Below are positions 1 through 9,066 of a DNA stretch of 64,000 nt, in pieces (within the stretch, counting starts at the first letter, position 1; every line of letters begins with the position of its first letter). The translations under genes were made by a program, and so were the position numbers. Below the pieces are notes generated by a model. The model was not told the origin of the DNA. It saw only the letters and a program-made list of their open reading frames with translations, and made no database searches. Origin of the DNA: a virus (lineage: Duplodnaviria; Heunggongvirae; Uroviricota; Caudoviricetes); the IMG/VR virus record IMGVR_UViG_3300023371_000071; one strand, 5' to 3'.

Positions 1-1
1 T

Positions 2-1285
2 CACCACCACGCAGAACCCGACGGACAAGACCCAGCAATAATTGTTAATAACCAGATGTGCGACTATGATAATAAGTGTCTATCTGGTGTTGGTGTAGTC
101 TATAAATTTTGTAAAGTTTTAGATGATCTAATTGGTGTATCATATGCTGACGATTTCCTTGATTTGGTCGCTCTTGGAATGGTTGCTGATATGATGGATT
201 TGCGTTCTTTTGAAACGAAGCGATTGATTGATATTGGATGCACAGAAATTCATAATCCGTTCTTTGTCCATATGGCGAAAAAGAATGATTATTCTATGAA
301 GAGTAAAATTAATCCATTTACAATTTCATTTTATGTAGCTCCATTTATTAATGCAATCACTCGTAGTGGTAATGATGCAGAAAAGTTGCTGATCTTTGAA
401 TCTCTATTAGATCATCGAGCAATGCGATTAATTCCATCTGGTAATCGCAATCGTAAAGGATTAGAAGATTTACTTGTGGTTGAAGCAATCCGCGTTGCTG
501 GTAATGTTAAAAAGCATCAGGATGATGCAAAAGTTAAGGCACTTGATGATTTACGATTCCGCATTAATTCTGGAGAATGCGATTTTGGTATCTTGATTAT
601 CACTCTTGATAATCCTATTGATACCAATCTTACTGGTTTGTTAGCAAACCAAATTATGGCTGAATATGGTAAACCAACTTTGATTTTAAACAAGAGGATA
701 AACAATGAAACAGGAGAAATCACTTGGGAAGGTTCTGGCCGAGGCTTCATTACTCCTCATGTTAATGATTGGCGTGCTTATCTTGAACAATACGCTATGT
801 ATGCAGAAGGTCATGCGATGGCTTTCGGAGTTGGTTTTATCCCTGATCAGCTGACAGACTTTAAGCATTTAATGACCACTAGCCCAATGGATATTACAAA
901 GTCTTATGATGTTGATTTTGTATTCCAAATGACTGATAATTTTGATGCCGACATTCTTGATGTTGCAAAATATGATGAAATGTGGGGTCAAGGTTTAACT
1001 CAGCCGATGGTGGCTATTAAAAATATTTCTTTGAAGAAAGACGACATTCTTCTGCAGGGTAAAGGCACATTAAAACTTAAACTTGGTAATCATCGTACTA
1101 CATGCATTAAGTTTGGTGGAACCGATATTTATAATGAATTACAGTCTTTGTTCCCGTCTGATGATGCTACAATTAAGCTCAATCTAATCGGCACCTGTGC
1201 TTTAAATGATTGGGGTGGAAGCATTTCTCCCCAGCTAAAGCTGGTTGATTATGATGTGTCATATGTAGATACTTGGGGTTTTTAA
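2..1285 (+). CDS. RecJ-like DHH-family ssDNA exonuclease, 5'-truncated at the window edge
   Basis: The frame is open from position 2 and starts with HHH (a DHH motif). 'DLVALGMVADMMDL' matches the RecJ motif DLVALGTVADVVPL. A DHHA1-like region follows. TAA stop. Confidence 0.6.
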   Translation, partial: HHHAEPDGQDPAIIVNNQMCDYDNKCLSGVGVVYKFCKVLDDLIGVSYADDFLDLVALGMVADMMDLRSFETKRLIDIGCTEIHNPFFVHMAKKNDYSMKSKINPFTISFYVAPFINAITRSGNDAEKLLIFESLLDHRAMRLIPSGNRNRKGLEDLLVVEAIRVAGNVKKHQDDAKVKALDDLRFRINSGECDFGILIITLDNPIDTNLTGLLANQIMAEYGKPTLILNKRINNETGEITWEGSGRGFITPHVNDWRAYLEQYAMYAEGHAMAFGVGFIPDQLTDFKHLMTTSPMDITKSYDVDFVFQMTDNFDADILDVAKYDEMWGQGLTQPMVAIKNISLKKDDILLQGKGTLKLKLGNHRTTCIKFGGTDIYNELQSLFPSDDATIKLNLIGTCALNDWGGSISPQLKLVDYDVSYVDTWGF

Positions 1286-1286
1286 T

Positions 1287-1315
1287 TTGACAACTTCAAA
1301 AAGAAATGGTATAAT
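1287..1315 (+). promoter_or_regulatory. Consensus sigma70-type promoter (TTGACA-17nt-TATAAT) upstream of the helicase gene
   Basis: TTGACA at 1287-1292, an exact 17-nt spacer, TATAAT at 1310-1315. The gene start lies about 34 nt downstream. Confidence 0.55.
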
Positions 1316-1348
1316 ATAATTGTAGAAAATAGGAAAGTAGGAACTTAA

Positions 1349-2509
1349 ATGATACTGACTGCTAAGCAAGAAGAAGGTCTTAAGATTGCGGTCAAGCGTT
1401 ATAAGGACCACGAACCTTATACTTGTATTGCTGGTTATGCCGGGACAGGTAAAAGCACACTTATTCGATTTATTATCAGTGCATTGAATATTGATCCTGA
1501 TGATGTGTGTTATGTAGCCTATACCGGCAAAGCCGCGCAGGTTTTGCGTTCAAAAGGATGCCCGAATGCAATGACCGCACATAGATTACTATATAAATCT
1601 GTACAAAAGGATGATGGAACATTTGTTCATTTTCCGAAGCGTCCATTATTTCCTTTTGCTCTAATTGTTGTAGATGAAATTTCCATGCTACCAAAACCAA
1701 TGTGGGAACTTTTATTATCTCATCGAATTCATGTAATCGCTCTTGGTGATCCCGGTCAGCTTCCGCCTGTTATGGCTGAAAGTAATGGTGTGTTGGATAC
1801 CCCGCATATTTTTCTGGATGAAGTTATGCGACAGGCTGCCGAAAGTGAGATTATCCGTTTAACAATGGATATTCGTGCAGGAAAAGGTTTGACTCCTATG
1901 TTGGGCCAAGAGGTAAGAATTGTAGGGCGTGAAGAACTCCTACAACCTGGTTTTCTTGCATGGGGAGATCAGATTATTTGCGGTAAAAATGAAACCCGCA
2001 ATCAAATTAATAGAGTAATGCGACAGATCAAAATGAATACTGAAGGAATTGAACCTTTAGTAGGAGACCGAATTATCTGTCTGCATAATGAATGGGAATG
2101 TATAAATCTAACTGGTGATGCTCTTGTAAATGGTTTGAGTGGCACAATTACTGATTTGAAATATACAAATGATAACCCATTTATGGAGAAAACTCCCATC
2201 ATCGACTTCCAGCCTGATATTGATGACAGTGACACCTTTAGAGGATTAGAAGTCGATTATAAGCTTTTCACTGAACATGTGCCGACTGTGAACAAAGAAA
2301 CCTTCAAGAAAATTCCTAAGTTCTATCGACCCAAGGAGTTTGATTATGGATATTGCATTACTTGCCATAAAGCGCAAGGTAGCGAATATGATAAGGTTAT
2401 TGTTCTTGAGGAATACTTGAGAGGTGAAAGCAAAGATGGTCATTCTCGTTGGCTTTATACTGCTGCTACTCGCGCTGCCAAGAAATTAATTATTGTGAGG
2501 AATTATTAA
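1349..2509 (+). CDS. SF1 DNA helicase, Dda/RecD-like
   Basis: Walker A 'AGYAGTGKST', Walker B 'VVDEISML', and 'CITCHKAQGSEYDKVIV', which is the helicase motif VI found in RecD/Dda/Pif1. At 386 aa it is Dda-sized. Confidence 0.8.
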   Translation: MILTAKQEEGLKIAVKRYKDHEPYTCIAGYAGTGKSTLIRFIISALNIDPDDVCYVAYTGKAAQVLRSKGCPNAMTAHRLLYKSVQKDDGTFVHFPKRPLFPFALIVVDEISMLPKPMWELLLSHRIHVIALGDPGQLPPVMAESNGVLDTPHIFLDEVMRQAAESEIIRLTMDIRAGKGLTPMLGQEVRIVGREELLQPGFLAWGDQIICGKNETRNQINRVMRQIKMNTEGIEPLVGDRIICLHNEWECINLTGDALVNGLSGTITDLKYTNDNPFMEKTPIIDFQPDIDDSDTFRGLEVDYKLFTEHVPTVNKETFKKIPKFYRPKEFDYGYCITCHKAQGSEYDKVIVLEEYLRGESKDGHSRWLYTAATRAAKKLIIVRNY

Positions 2510-3258
2510 TGATTATGATCGCCGGCCCATGCGCCGTGGAAACTGCGACTGACACTTATAAAATCGCAGAGGAATTAAGTAAATATGATAAAAAAATCAT
2601 TCTGCGTGGCGGTTGCTGGAAACCCCGCACTAGACCAGATTCCTTCCAGGGGCTCGGAGAGGTCGGCGTTGATATGCTTGTTGCTGCGTATGAATTATAT
2701 GGACTACAAGGGTGCTGTTTAGAGGTAATGAGTAAAAAACATTTGGATTATGTTATTAATCATTATCCAGAAAAAAACATTATTCTTCAAATTGGCTCTC
2801 GTAATATGCAAAATTTTGAACTACTTAAATTAGTAAGTTCTTATTCTAAGGAATATGGTAATACAGTACTTCTAAAGCGAGGCTTTGGAAATACCGTTGA
2901 TGAAATGTGTGGAGCGAGGGATTATTTACAGCATGACAATGTTATCTTATGTGAGCGTGGTATTAGGACTCTGTCTGATGCTAGTCGTTTCACTTTGGAT
3001 TTGTCCGCCATCCCTGTGTTACAGCAAAAAACTGGGTGTCGAGTTATCGTGGACCCATCCCACGCTGCTGGAGAGAGAAGTCTGGTATCCGGATTGGCAC
3101 GGGCTGGTATCGCCGCAGGAGCAGATGGCTTGGAAATTGAGGTAAAATCAATGTTTGCCAAGTGTCCGCGTAAATGCGATGAAGCACAAGCTCTCCCCAT
3201 AGATGAATTTTATGTTTTAGCACATGTGTGTGAAGATATTGACAAAATCTTAAAATAA
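2509..3258 (+). CDS. 3-deoxy-D-arabino-heptulosonate-7-phosphate (DAHP) synthase, type I-beta-like (KDO8PS/DAHPS fold)
   Basis: 'IAGPCAVE', 'LRGGCWKPRTRPDSFQGLG' (compare Thermotoga DAHPS 'RGGAFKPRTSPYSFQGYG'), 'IGSRNMQNFELLK', 'VILCERGIRT', 'RFTLDLSAIPV', 'VDPSHAAGERSLV', 'AGADGLEIEV'. The ATG at 2509 overlaps the upstream stop (TAATG). GAGG ribosome-binding site. Confidence 0.75.
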   Translation: MIMIAGPCAVETATDTYKIAEELSKYDKKIILRGGCWKPRTRPDSFQGLGEVGVDMLVAAYELYGLQGCCLEVMSKKHLDYVINHYPEKNIILQIGSRNMQNFELLKLVSSYSKEYGNTVLLKRGFGNTVDEMCGARDYLQHDNVILCERGIRTLSDASRFTLDLSAIPVLQQKTGCRVIVDPSHAAGERSLVSGLARAGIAAGADGLEIEVKSMFAKCPRKCDEAQALPIDEFYVLAHVCEDIDKILK

Positions 3259-3278
3259 TAATATAAGAGGTATATAGT

Positions 3279-4283
3279 ATGCAATATGCTGATAGCAAAA
3301 ATTTATTTGACCAACTATCTGAAGATTTTTCCAGAAAGTGTACAACAACTTCTCAGCCTATTAATTATCTAAAATTCTGTAATAACAATGGCCAAATTAA
3401 TACTGATTTGGATATTCAGCGAGGTTACCAATGGGATGAAAAACGTCAGCAAGAGATGTGGAACAGTTTGCTGCTTAATGCTCATATTCCTGAATTCCAT
3501 GCATTAATCCGCAATGATATTTACGACATTATTGATGGTAAACAGCGACTATTAACGATCTTTAAAATCATCAATGATGAAATTCCTCTGAAATACAGCT
3601 ATGCAGGTCCCGAGCTGCACTGGCTTTTTACTCAAGGAAAAAATAAAGATGCTCTTGTCCGACAGATTAATTTTTCTTGTTTACCAAAGGAGTTGCAATA
3701 TCGTATTTATAATACTACGATTTTGATTACTACTTACTCTAATCTTGACAGAGATGAACAAATTATGCTCTTTAAAAAAATTAATAATGGTAAAGCATTA
3801 AGTGATTTTGCAAAAGGATTGTGCGAAAATTTCTTTATCCGCAAGGATGGTACTGCTGAAATGCTAAAGCATTCTGTGTTTAAAAATTCAGAATGGAAAG
3901 ATGAAGAACAAGAGGCAATTGAGAAAGCGTTAGTTCGCTTTATGATTCTTAAGCATAAAAATATGGTAGTTTCTCTAGAACCCACAAAGATGATTAGTTA
4001 CTATCCTGAATTTGATCGTGACGTATTAAATTTGAGCGTTAAGCAAGTAAATGCTGTCTTAGATCGTATTCCCACTTTGCATAAAATTCTTAAATGCCGC
4101 GCTTGGGAATCTTATTTTCCAGCATTTTTAATAGTAGTTGATCGTCATCCTGAGCTTACAGCAGAACAAATTGACACCATGCTTGTAAAAATTCGTTCTT
4201 GTACTGCTGGGCGCGGAGCTGATTTAAGAGCCAGTATTGTTGCTGAACGCATCGACACTGTAGAATCTTTAATTGACAATTAA
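3279..4283 (+). CDS. DUF262 (ParB/GmrSD N-terminal nuclease-like) domain protein
   Basis: 'DLDIQRGYQW' and 'IIDGKQRLLTI' (the DGQQR-type DUF262 motif). No recognizable DUF1524/HNH half. Confidence 0.6.
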   Translation: MQYADSKNLFDQLSEDFSRKCTTTSQPINYLKFCNNNGQINTDLDIQRGYQWDEKRQQEMWNSLLLNAHIPEFHALIRNDIYDIIDGKQRLLTIFKIINDEIPLKYSYAGPELHWLFTQGKNKDALVRQINFSCLPKELQYRIYNTTILITTYSNLDRDEQIMLFKKINNGKALSDFAKGLCENFFIRKDGTAEMLKHSVFKNSEWKDEEQEAIEKALVRFMILKHKNMVVSLEPTKMISYYPEFDRDVLNLSVKQVNAVLDRIPTLHKILKCRAWESYFPAFLIVVDRHPELTAEQIDTMLVKIRSCTAGRGADLRASIVAERIDTVESLIDN

Positions 4284-4301
4284 ACAAAATTATGATATAA
4301 T
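4273..4301 (+). promoter_or_regulatory. Consensus sigma70-type promoter with extended -10 (TTGACA-17-TGaTATAAT) upstream of dnaE
   Basis: TTGACA at 4273-4278, a 17-nt spacer, TG at 4293-94, TATAAT at 4296-4301. The -10 context 'AAATTATGATATAAT' is almost identical to the promoter at 11771. Confidence 0.55.
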
Positions 4302-4328
4302 ATATACAGAAATGATAGAAAGAGGTTC

Positions 4329-7300
4329 TTGGATATGTTTTTTAACTGTCATAATCATACGATGTATTCAAACCTCAGACTTCTGGACTGTATCATCAAA
4401 CCGAAAGACCTAATCGACCGTGCGATCGAATTAGGCCTTTCTGGTATTGCGATTACCGACCATGAAGCACTGAGCGCTCATATGGAAGTAAACATGTATG
4501 CGAAGAAAATTCGTGAAAAGCATCCTAATTTTACTATTGCGCTCGGTAATGAGATTTATTTGACTGACACAAGAGAGAAAGGTCAGCCATACTATCACTT
4601 TATTTTGATTGCTAAAGATGCTATTGGTCACAAAGGTTTGCGTGAGCTTAGCTCTAAGGCATGGTATAATTCTTATTTTGATCGAGGTATGGAGCGTGTT
4701 CCTCTGCTCAAGAGCGAGTTAGAAGAAATTATGACTCGATACAAAGGTCATATTATGGGTACTACTGCCTGTATGGGCGGTGAGCTGTCTAAACTGATTG
4801 TGGAATATCAGATTCTCAAAGAAATGAATCAGCCCAATCAGGAAATATTTTATAAGATGCAGGATTTCATTCAGTTCTGCATGAGAGTATTTGGTCCAGA
4901 TGATTTCTATATTGAATGTGCGCCATCTACAATGAAAGATCAGATCATGGTCAATCGGTGTCTCGGTGAAATGGCACAACTTTATGGATTGAATTTGGTG
5001 CCGGCTACCGACTCTCATTATCTCAGTCCTGAAACAAGATTTGCGCATAAGGCATATTTGAACTCTAAGGGCGGAGATCGAGAAGTTGATAGCTTCTATG
5101 AATTTGCGCGTTTGATGGATGAAAAAGAAGTGAGAGAACTTCTACTTCATTCTTTTGAAGAAACTACTGTTGATATGATGATGCATATGACAGAAGATAT
5201 GCGTCAGAAAATTGAGTGGTATTCTTTGGAAAAACCGCAGCAGATTCCTGTTGTAGAAGTTCCAACTAGAAACGCTGGCTTTCTTGGGTGGGGAATTTGG
5301 CAAGAATATCCCACGCTTTATGATATTAACCTTAATGGCAATGAACAAGAGCAATATTGGCTTGATTGTTGCATGGAAGCTTTGGTAAATAAAGGACTTG
5401 GTGAAGATGTCTACCTCGAAAGACTCGAAATTGAAGCAGACGTTATTCGATATATTGGCAATCGTCTTGGGACTTGTTTGTTTGCCTACTTTAATACTTT
5501 CAAGCACTATATTGATTTGTTCTGGGAGTGTGGTAGCATCGTCGGTCCTGGCCGTGGATCTGCCACTGGTTTTCTGTCTAATTATCTCCTTGGTATTACT
5601 CAGCTAAATCCTATCAAGTGGAATCTTCCTTGGTGGCGTTTCTTGAATAAAGAACGTGCGGAATTGCCTGATATTGATATCGACCTTGCTCCTTCCAAGC
5701 GAGCTGAAATCTTTCAGCGTATTCGTGAAGAACGTGGAGAAATGGGACTGATTCAGGTTATTACATTCGGTACTGAAGGTTCTAAGTCTGCAATCTTGAC
5801 CGCCTGTCGTGGTTATAGAATGTTAGATGAAGATGGAATTGAAATGTTTCCTGATGGTATTGATGTTGACGTCGCTCAGTATATTGCATCTTTGATTCCA
5901 TCCCATCGCGGTTTCCTTTGGAGCATCAAGGATGTTGTATATGGCAATAAGGATGAAGATCGTCAGCCTATTGCCGCATTCAAGAGAGAAGTTGACAAGT
6001 ATCCTGGACTTTTAGATATTATCTTTGCGATTGAAGGAATCGTGAAGCAGCGTGGTTGTCATGCATCTGGTGTCATTATGTATGAAGAGGATAAGATTTA
6101 TGACACCGCGGCGATTATGAGAACTCCTTCTGGTGATCTTGTAACCTGTTATGACCTTCACATGGCAGAGGCTGCTGGTGACACTAAATACGACTTCCTT
6201 GTAACCGAAGTTTCTGACAAAATCATTAAGGCTCTTGAACTGATGCAAGAGGATGAAGTAATTGATCCTGATATGAGTTTGCGTCAGATGTATGAAGAGT
6301 TCTTGCATCCTGAGCATATTGATACAACCGATCCCGAAATTTGGGAAGCACTTGCAGAGGGTAGCGTATTGGATGTATTCCAGTTCAGCGGTGGCGTTGG
6401 TTTGGCGATTGCAAAGAAGCTTCGTCCAACTGATCCTCTGGAAATGACCGCAGCGAATGCAATGATGAGACTTATGTCTGAAAAGGGTAAAGAGTCTCAG
6501 CAGGATAGATATGCTCGTATCAAGAGTCAAGGAATCAGAGTCTTCGATATGGAAATGAAAGAGCATAATCTGCCGAACAGCATGATTAAAGCAATGCATA
6601 AACATTGCGACAAGTATTATGGCTGTTGCGCAATTCAGGAACAGATGATGGAGATTCTGATGGATCCTGAGATTGCAAGTTTCAGTTTGAAAGAGGCAAA
6701 TGATGCTCGTAAGATTGTTGCTAAGAAGCAAATGTCTCGTATTCCCGAGCTTAAAGGTAAGGTTTATGATGTAATGGATCAGCGACTCGCTGACTATGTG
6801 TGGGAAGTTGCGGTAGCTCCTCAGTTGGGTTATGCATTCTCCATGAATCACTCTCTGCCTTATTCTTTCGTCGGTATTCAGACAATTATCTTAGCACGAA
6901 AGTTTGATCCGATTTATTGGAACACTGCATGTTTGATTGTAAACAGTGGTGCAACAGATGAAGATCTTGAAGGTACAACGAACTATGGAAAAATCGCAAA
7001 AGCCATTGGTGACATTCGAAGTGCAGGAATTGCAGTCTCCACGGCAGACATTAATAAATCTAAATATGGATTTTCTCCAGACGTTGGAGAGGGCACAATC
7101 ACCTACGGACTTAAAGGTCTACTCAATGTTGGAGACGATGTCATCGCAGACATTATTGACAAACGCCCTTTCACTAGCTTCGGAGATTTCCTTGGCAGAG
7201 TCAAGTGCGGAAAACAGGCAGTAATTTCTCTTATCAAGGGTGGCGCATTTGATAGCTTTGGTGAGCGTAAGCGCATTATGGCTGAATATTTGTGGTTGAA

Positions 7301-8189
7301 CTGCGATAAGAAAAAGAGAATCACACTTCAGAATATGAATGGTTTGATTCAAAGAGGTCTGCTGCCTGATCATCTTAGTCTGCAGAGCAAGGTTTTTGAG
7401 TTTAATCGTTACTTGAAAAATGTATGTAAGTTGACTGACGGTTATTATGTTCTGGATGATAGAGCGTATGGATTCATCGACAGATTCTTCCCTGATGTTC
7501 CTCTGGAAGTATTTGGTCCGACTTATGCAATGAATCAGAAGTTGTGGGAAAAGGTATATCAACAGCAAATGGATTTTGTGCGTGAGTGGATGAAAGCTAA
7601 TCAGGACGAAGTTCTATATCAGCTGAATAAGAACATTTTTGAGGAAGAGTGGAAGAAATATGCTTCTGGTAATTATTCTTCTTGGGAAATGGAAGCATTA
7701 TGTTTCTATTATCATGAGCATGAGTTGAAGAACGTCAATCGCGCACGATATGGAATTAGCAATTTCTTCGATCTGCCAGAAGAGCCGATTATCGAAAAGA
7801 CATTTAAGCGTGGCGGTATTGAAATTCCGATTTATCGTTTGAATAGAATCTGCGGCACATGCATCGCTAAGAATAAAACAAAAGGTACAGTATCTCTGTT
7901 GACTCCTGAGGGTGTTGTCGAAGTTAAGTTTAGAAATGAATATTTCAGTTTGTTCGACAAGCAGATTTCTGTGCGTGGCGCTGATGGCGTAAAGCATGTT
8001 GTGGAAAAGTCTTGGTTCAATCGTGGTTCTATGATTATGGTAACTGGTATTCGCCGTGGTGATGATTTCATTCCGAAGAAATATGCAAGCACAGTTGGTC
8101 ATCAGCTGTATAAGATTGAAAACATCACTTCTAATGGTAGCCTGACTCTTAAAACGGAGCGCGCAAGCGGGGAGGCCGAAGAAGAATGA
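4329..8189 (+). CDS. dnaE: DNA polymerase III alpha subunit (DnaE-type, PHP domain plus polymerase core)
   Basis: N-terminal PHP motifs 'CHNHTMYS' and 'ITDHEAL'; the hallmark 'GPGRGSATGFLSNYLLGITQLNPI'; 1286 aa; TGA stop. Confidence 0.9.
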   Translation: MDMFFNCHNHTMYSNLRLLDCIIKPKDLIDRAIELGLSGIAITDHEALSAHMEVNMYAKKIREKHPNFTIALGNEIYLTDTREKGQPYYHFILIAKDAIGHKGLRELSSKAWYNSYFDRGMERVPLLKSELEEIMTRYKGHIMGTTACMGGELSKLIVEYQILKEMNQPNQEIFYKMQDFIQFCMRVFGPDDFYIECAPSTMKDQIMVNRCLGEMAQLYGLNLVPATDSHYLSPETRFAHKAYLNSKGGDREVDSFYEFARLMDEKEVRELLLHSFEETTVDMMMHMTEDMRQKIEWYSLEKPQQIPVVEVPTRNAGFLGWGIWQEYPTLYDINLNGNEQEQYWLDCCMEALVNKGLGEDVYLERLEIEADVIRYIGNRLGTCLFAYFNTFKHYIDLFWECGSIVGPGRGSATGFLSNYLLGITQLNPIKWNLPWWRFLNKERAELPDIDIDLAPSKRAEIFQRIREERGEMGLIQVITFGTEGSKSAILTACRGYRMLDEDGIEMFPDGIDVDVAQYIASLIPSHRGFLWSIKDVVYGNKDEDRQPIAAFKREVDKYPGLLDIIFAIEGIVKQRGCHASGVIMYEEDKIYDTAAIMRTPSGDLVTCYDLHMAEAAGDTKYDFLVTEVSDKIIKALELMQEDEVIDPDMSLRQMYEEFLHPEHIDTTDPEIWEALAEGSVLDVFQFSGGVGLAIAKKLRPTDPLEMTAANAMMRLMSEKGKESQQDRYARIKSQGIRVFDMEMKEHNLPNSMIKAMHKHCDKYYGCCAIQEQMMEILMDPEIASFSLKEANDARKIVAKKQMSRIPELKGKVYDVMDQRLADYVWEVAVAPQLGYAFSMNHSLPYSFVGIQTIILARKFDPIYWNTACLIVNSGATDEDLEGTTNYGKIAKAIGDIRSAGIAVSTADINKSKYGFSPDVGEGTITYGLKGLLNVGDDVIADIIDKRPFTSFGDFLGRVKCGKQAVISLIKGGAFDSFGERKRIMAEYLWLNCDKKKRITLQNMNGLIQRGLLPDHLSLQSKVFEFNRYLKNVCKLTDGYYVLDDRAYGFIDRFFPDVPLEVFGPTYAMNQKLWEKVYQQQMDFVREWMKANQDEVLYQLNKNIFEEEWKKYASGNYSSWEMEALCFYYHEHELKNVNRARYGISNFFDLPEEPIIEKTFKRGGIEIPIYRLNRICGTCIAKNKTKGTVSLLTPEGVVEVKFRNEYFSLFDKQISVRGADGVKHVVEKSWFNRGSMIMVTGIRRGDDFIPKKYASTVGHQLYKIENITSNGSLTLKTERASGEAEEE

Positions 8190-8410
8190 TGAACGAGAAA
8201 GTGATGAAGTGGCGATCGTCGCCACTTCATCGTAAATGTATTTTTTGTAAACACTTAAAATTTATAACCATACCGGCTCATCTGCCATGTAATGATTACT
8301 ATAAATGTGTTGCTAAAGACAAATATATTGATTATTGTTTGCCAGATATGACAAGAGCTCCAAGACCGTTTTGTAAATTATTTGAATTAAATACGGAGAT
8401 AAAAGAATGA
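8186..8410 (+). CDS. Small Cys-rich hypothetical protein, possibly a zinc-binding fold
   Basis: ATGA overlap with the dnaE stop suggests translational coupling. 7 Cys and 3 His in 74 aa. No recognizable homologue. Confidence 0.35.
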   Translation: MMNEKVMKWRSSPLHRKCIFCKHLKFITIPAHLPCNDYYKCVAKDKYIDYCLPDMTRAPRPFCKLFELNTEIKE

Positions 8411-9003
8411 AATATATTGTAGCACTTATTGGCAAGGCAGGAGCGGGAAAAGATACAATTGCTCAGGGCTTAGCTACACTCAATCCTGACTGGAATATGA
8501 TTGTCTCTTGTACAACCCGCCCTCGTCGAGAAAATGAAGTTGAAGGTATCAACTATTATTATCTTACAAATGAGGAGTTTGCGCAGAAAGTACTGAATGG
8601 CGATATGCTTGAAGCTACTTATTTCAACGATTGGCATTATGGTACTATGGCTTCTTCTCTTCACGAAGGTGTAAACATTGGTGTTTTCAATCCTGAAGGC
8701 TACGATTGTCTTACAGAGATGGGCGGCGGAGAAATCAAAGTTATTGGCTTCTATATCAATAGCGATGATAAAACTCGTCTACTGCGCCAGCTTAATCGCG
8801 AAGAAAACCCTGATGTTCATGAGATCGTCCGCCGCTTTAGCGCAGATGAAGAAGATTTTTATGATATTGATAACGATCCAGACTATCCTGTATATGTAAT
8901 TCAAAATGGAAGAGATACTTCTCTACCATATGTTGTACATGAAGTCAATAAAATCATTCACGCGGTTCTAGATATTGTGCCTCTTGTGGGCAGTCATGAA
9001 TAA
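8407..9003 (+). CDS. gmk: Guanylate kinase-like (d)NMP kinase
   Basis: P-loop 'GKAGAGKDT'. The guanylate-kinase signature 'TTRPRRENEVEGINYYYLTNEEF' (compare TTRPPRPGEVDGVDYHFV). 'YFNDWHYGT'. ATGA overlap with the upstream gene. Confidence 0.65.
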   Translation: MKYIVALIGKAGAGKDTIAQGLATLNPDWNMIVSCTTRPRRENEVEGINYYYLTNEEFAQKVLNGDMLEATYFNDWHYGTMASSLHEGVNIGVFNPEGYDCLTEMGGGEIKVIGFYINSDDKTRLLRQLNREENPDVHEIVRRFSADEEDFYDIDNDPDYPVYVIQNGRDTSLPYVVHEVNKIIHAVLDIVPLVGSHE

Positions 9004-9066
9004 TTTATTGGGCGAAATTTTGAAATATCATGTCTACCCTATTTTATAACTCAGGAGGTCAATGAA

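Noticed and set aside
3239-3268. TTGACA-17-TATAAG promoter-like motif upstream of the DUF262 gene
   Set aside because: - The -10 overlaps the ribosome-binding site and would place the transcription start inside the Shine-Dalgarno, 5 nt from the ATG.
- It is more likely chance in AT-rich sequence. It remains a possible weak internal promoter only.
6012-6851. 279-aa antisense ORF inside dnaE
   Set aside because: - It sits on the opposite strand of a highly conserved polymerase gene and has no ribosome-binding site. It is a shadow ORF.
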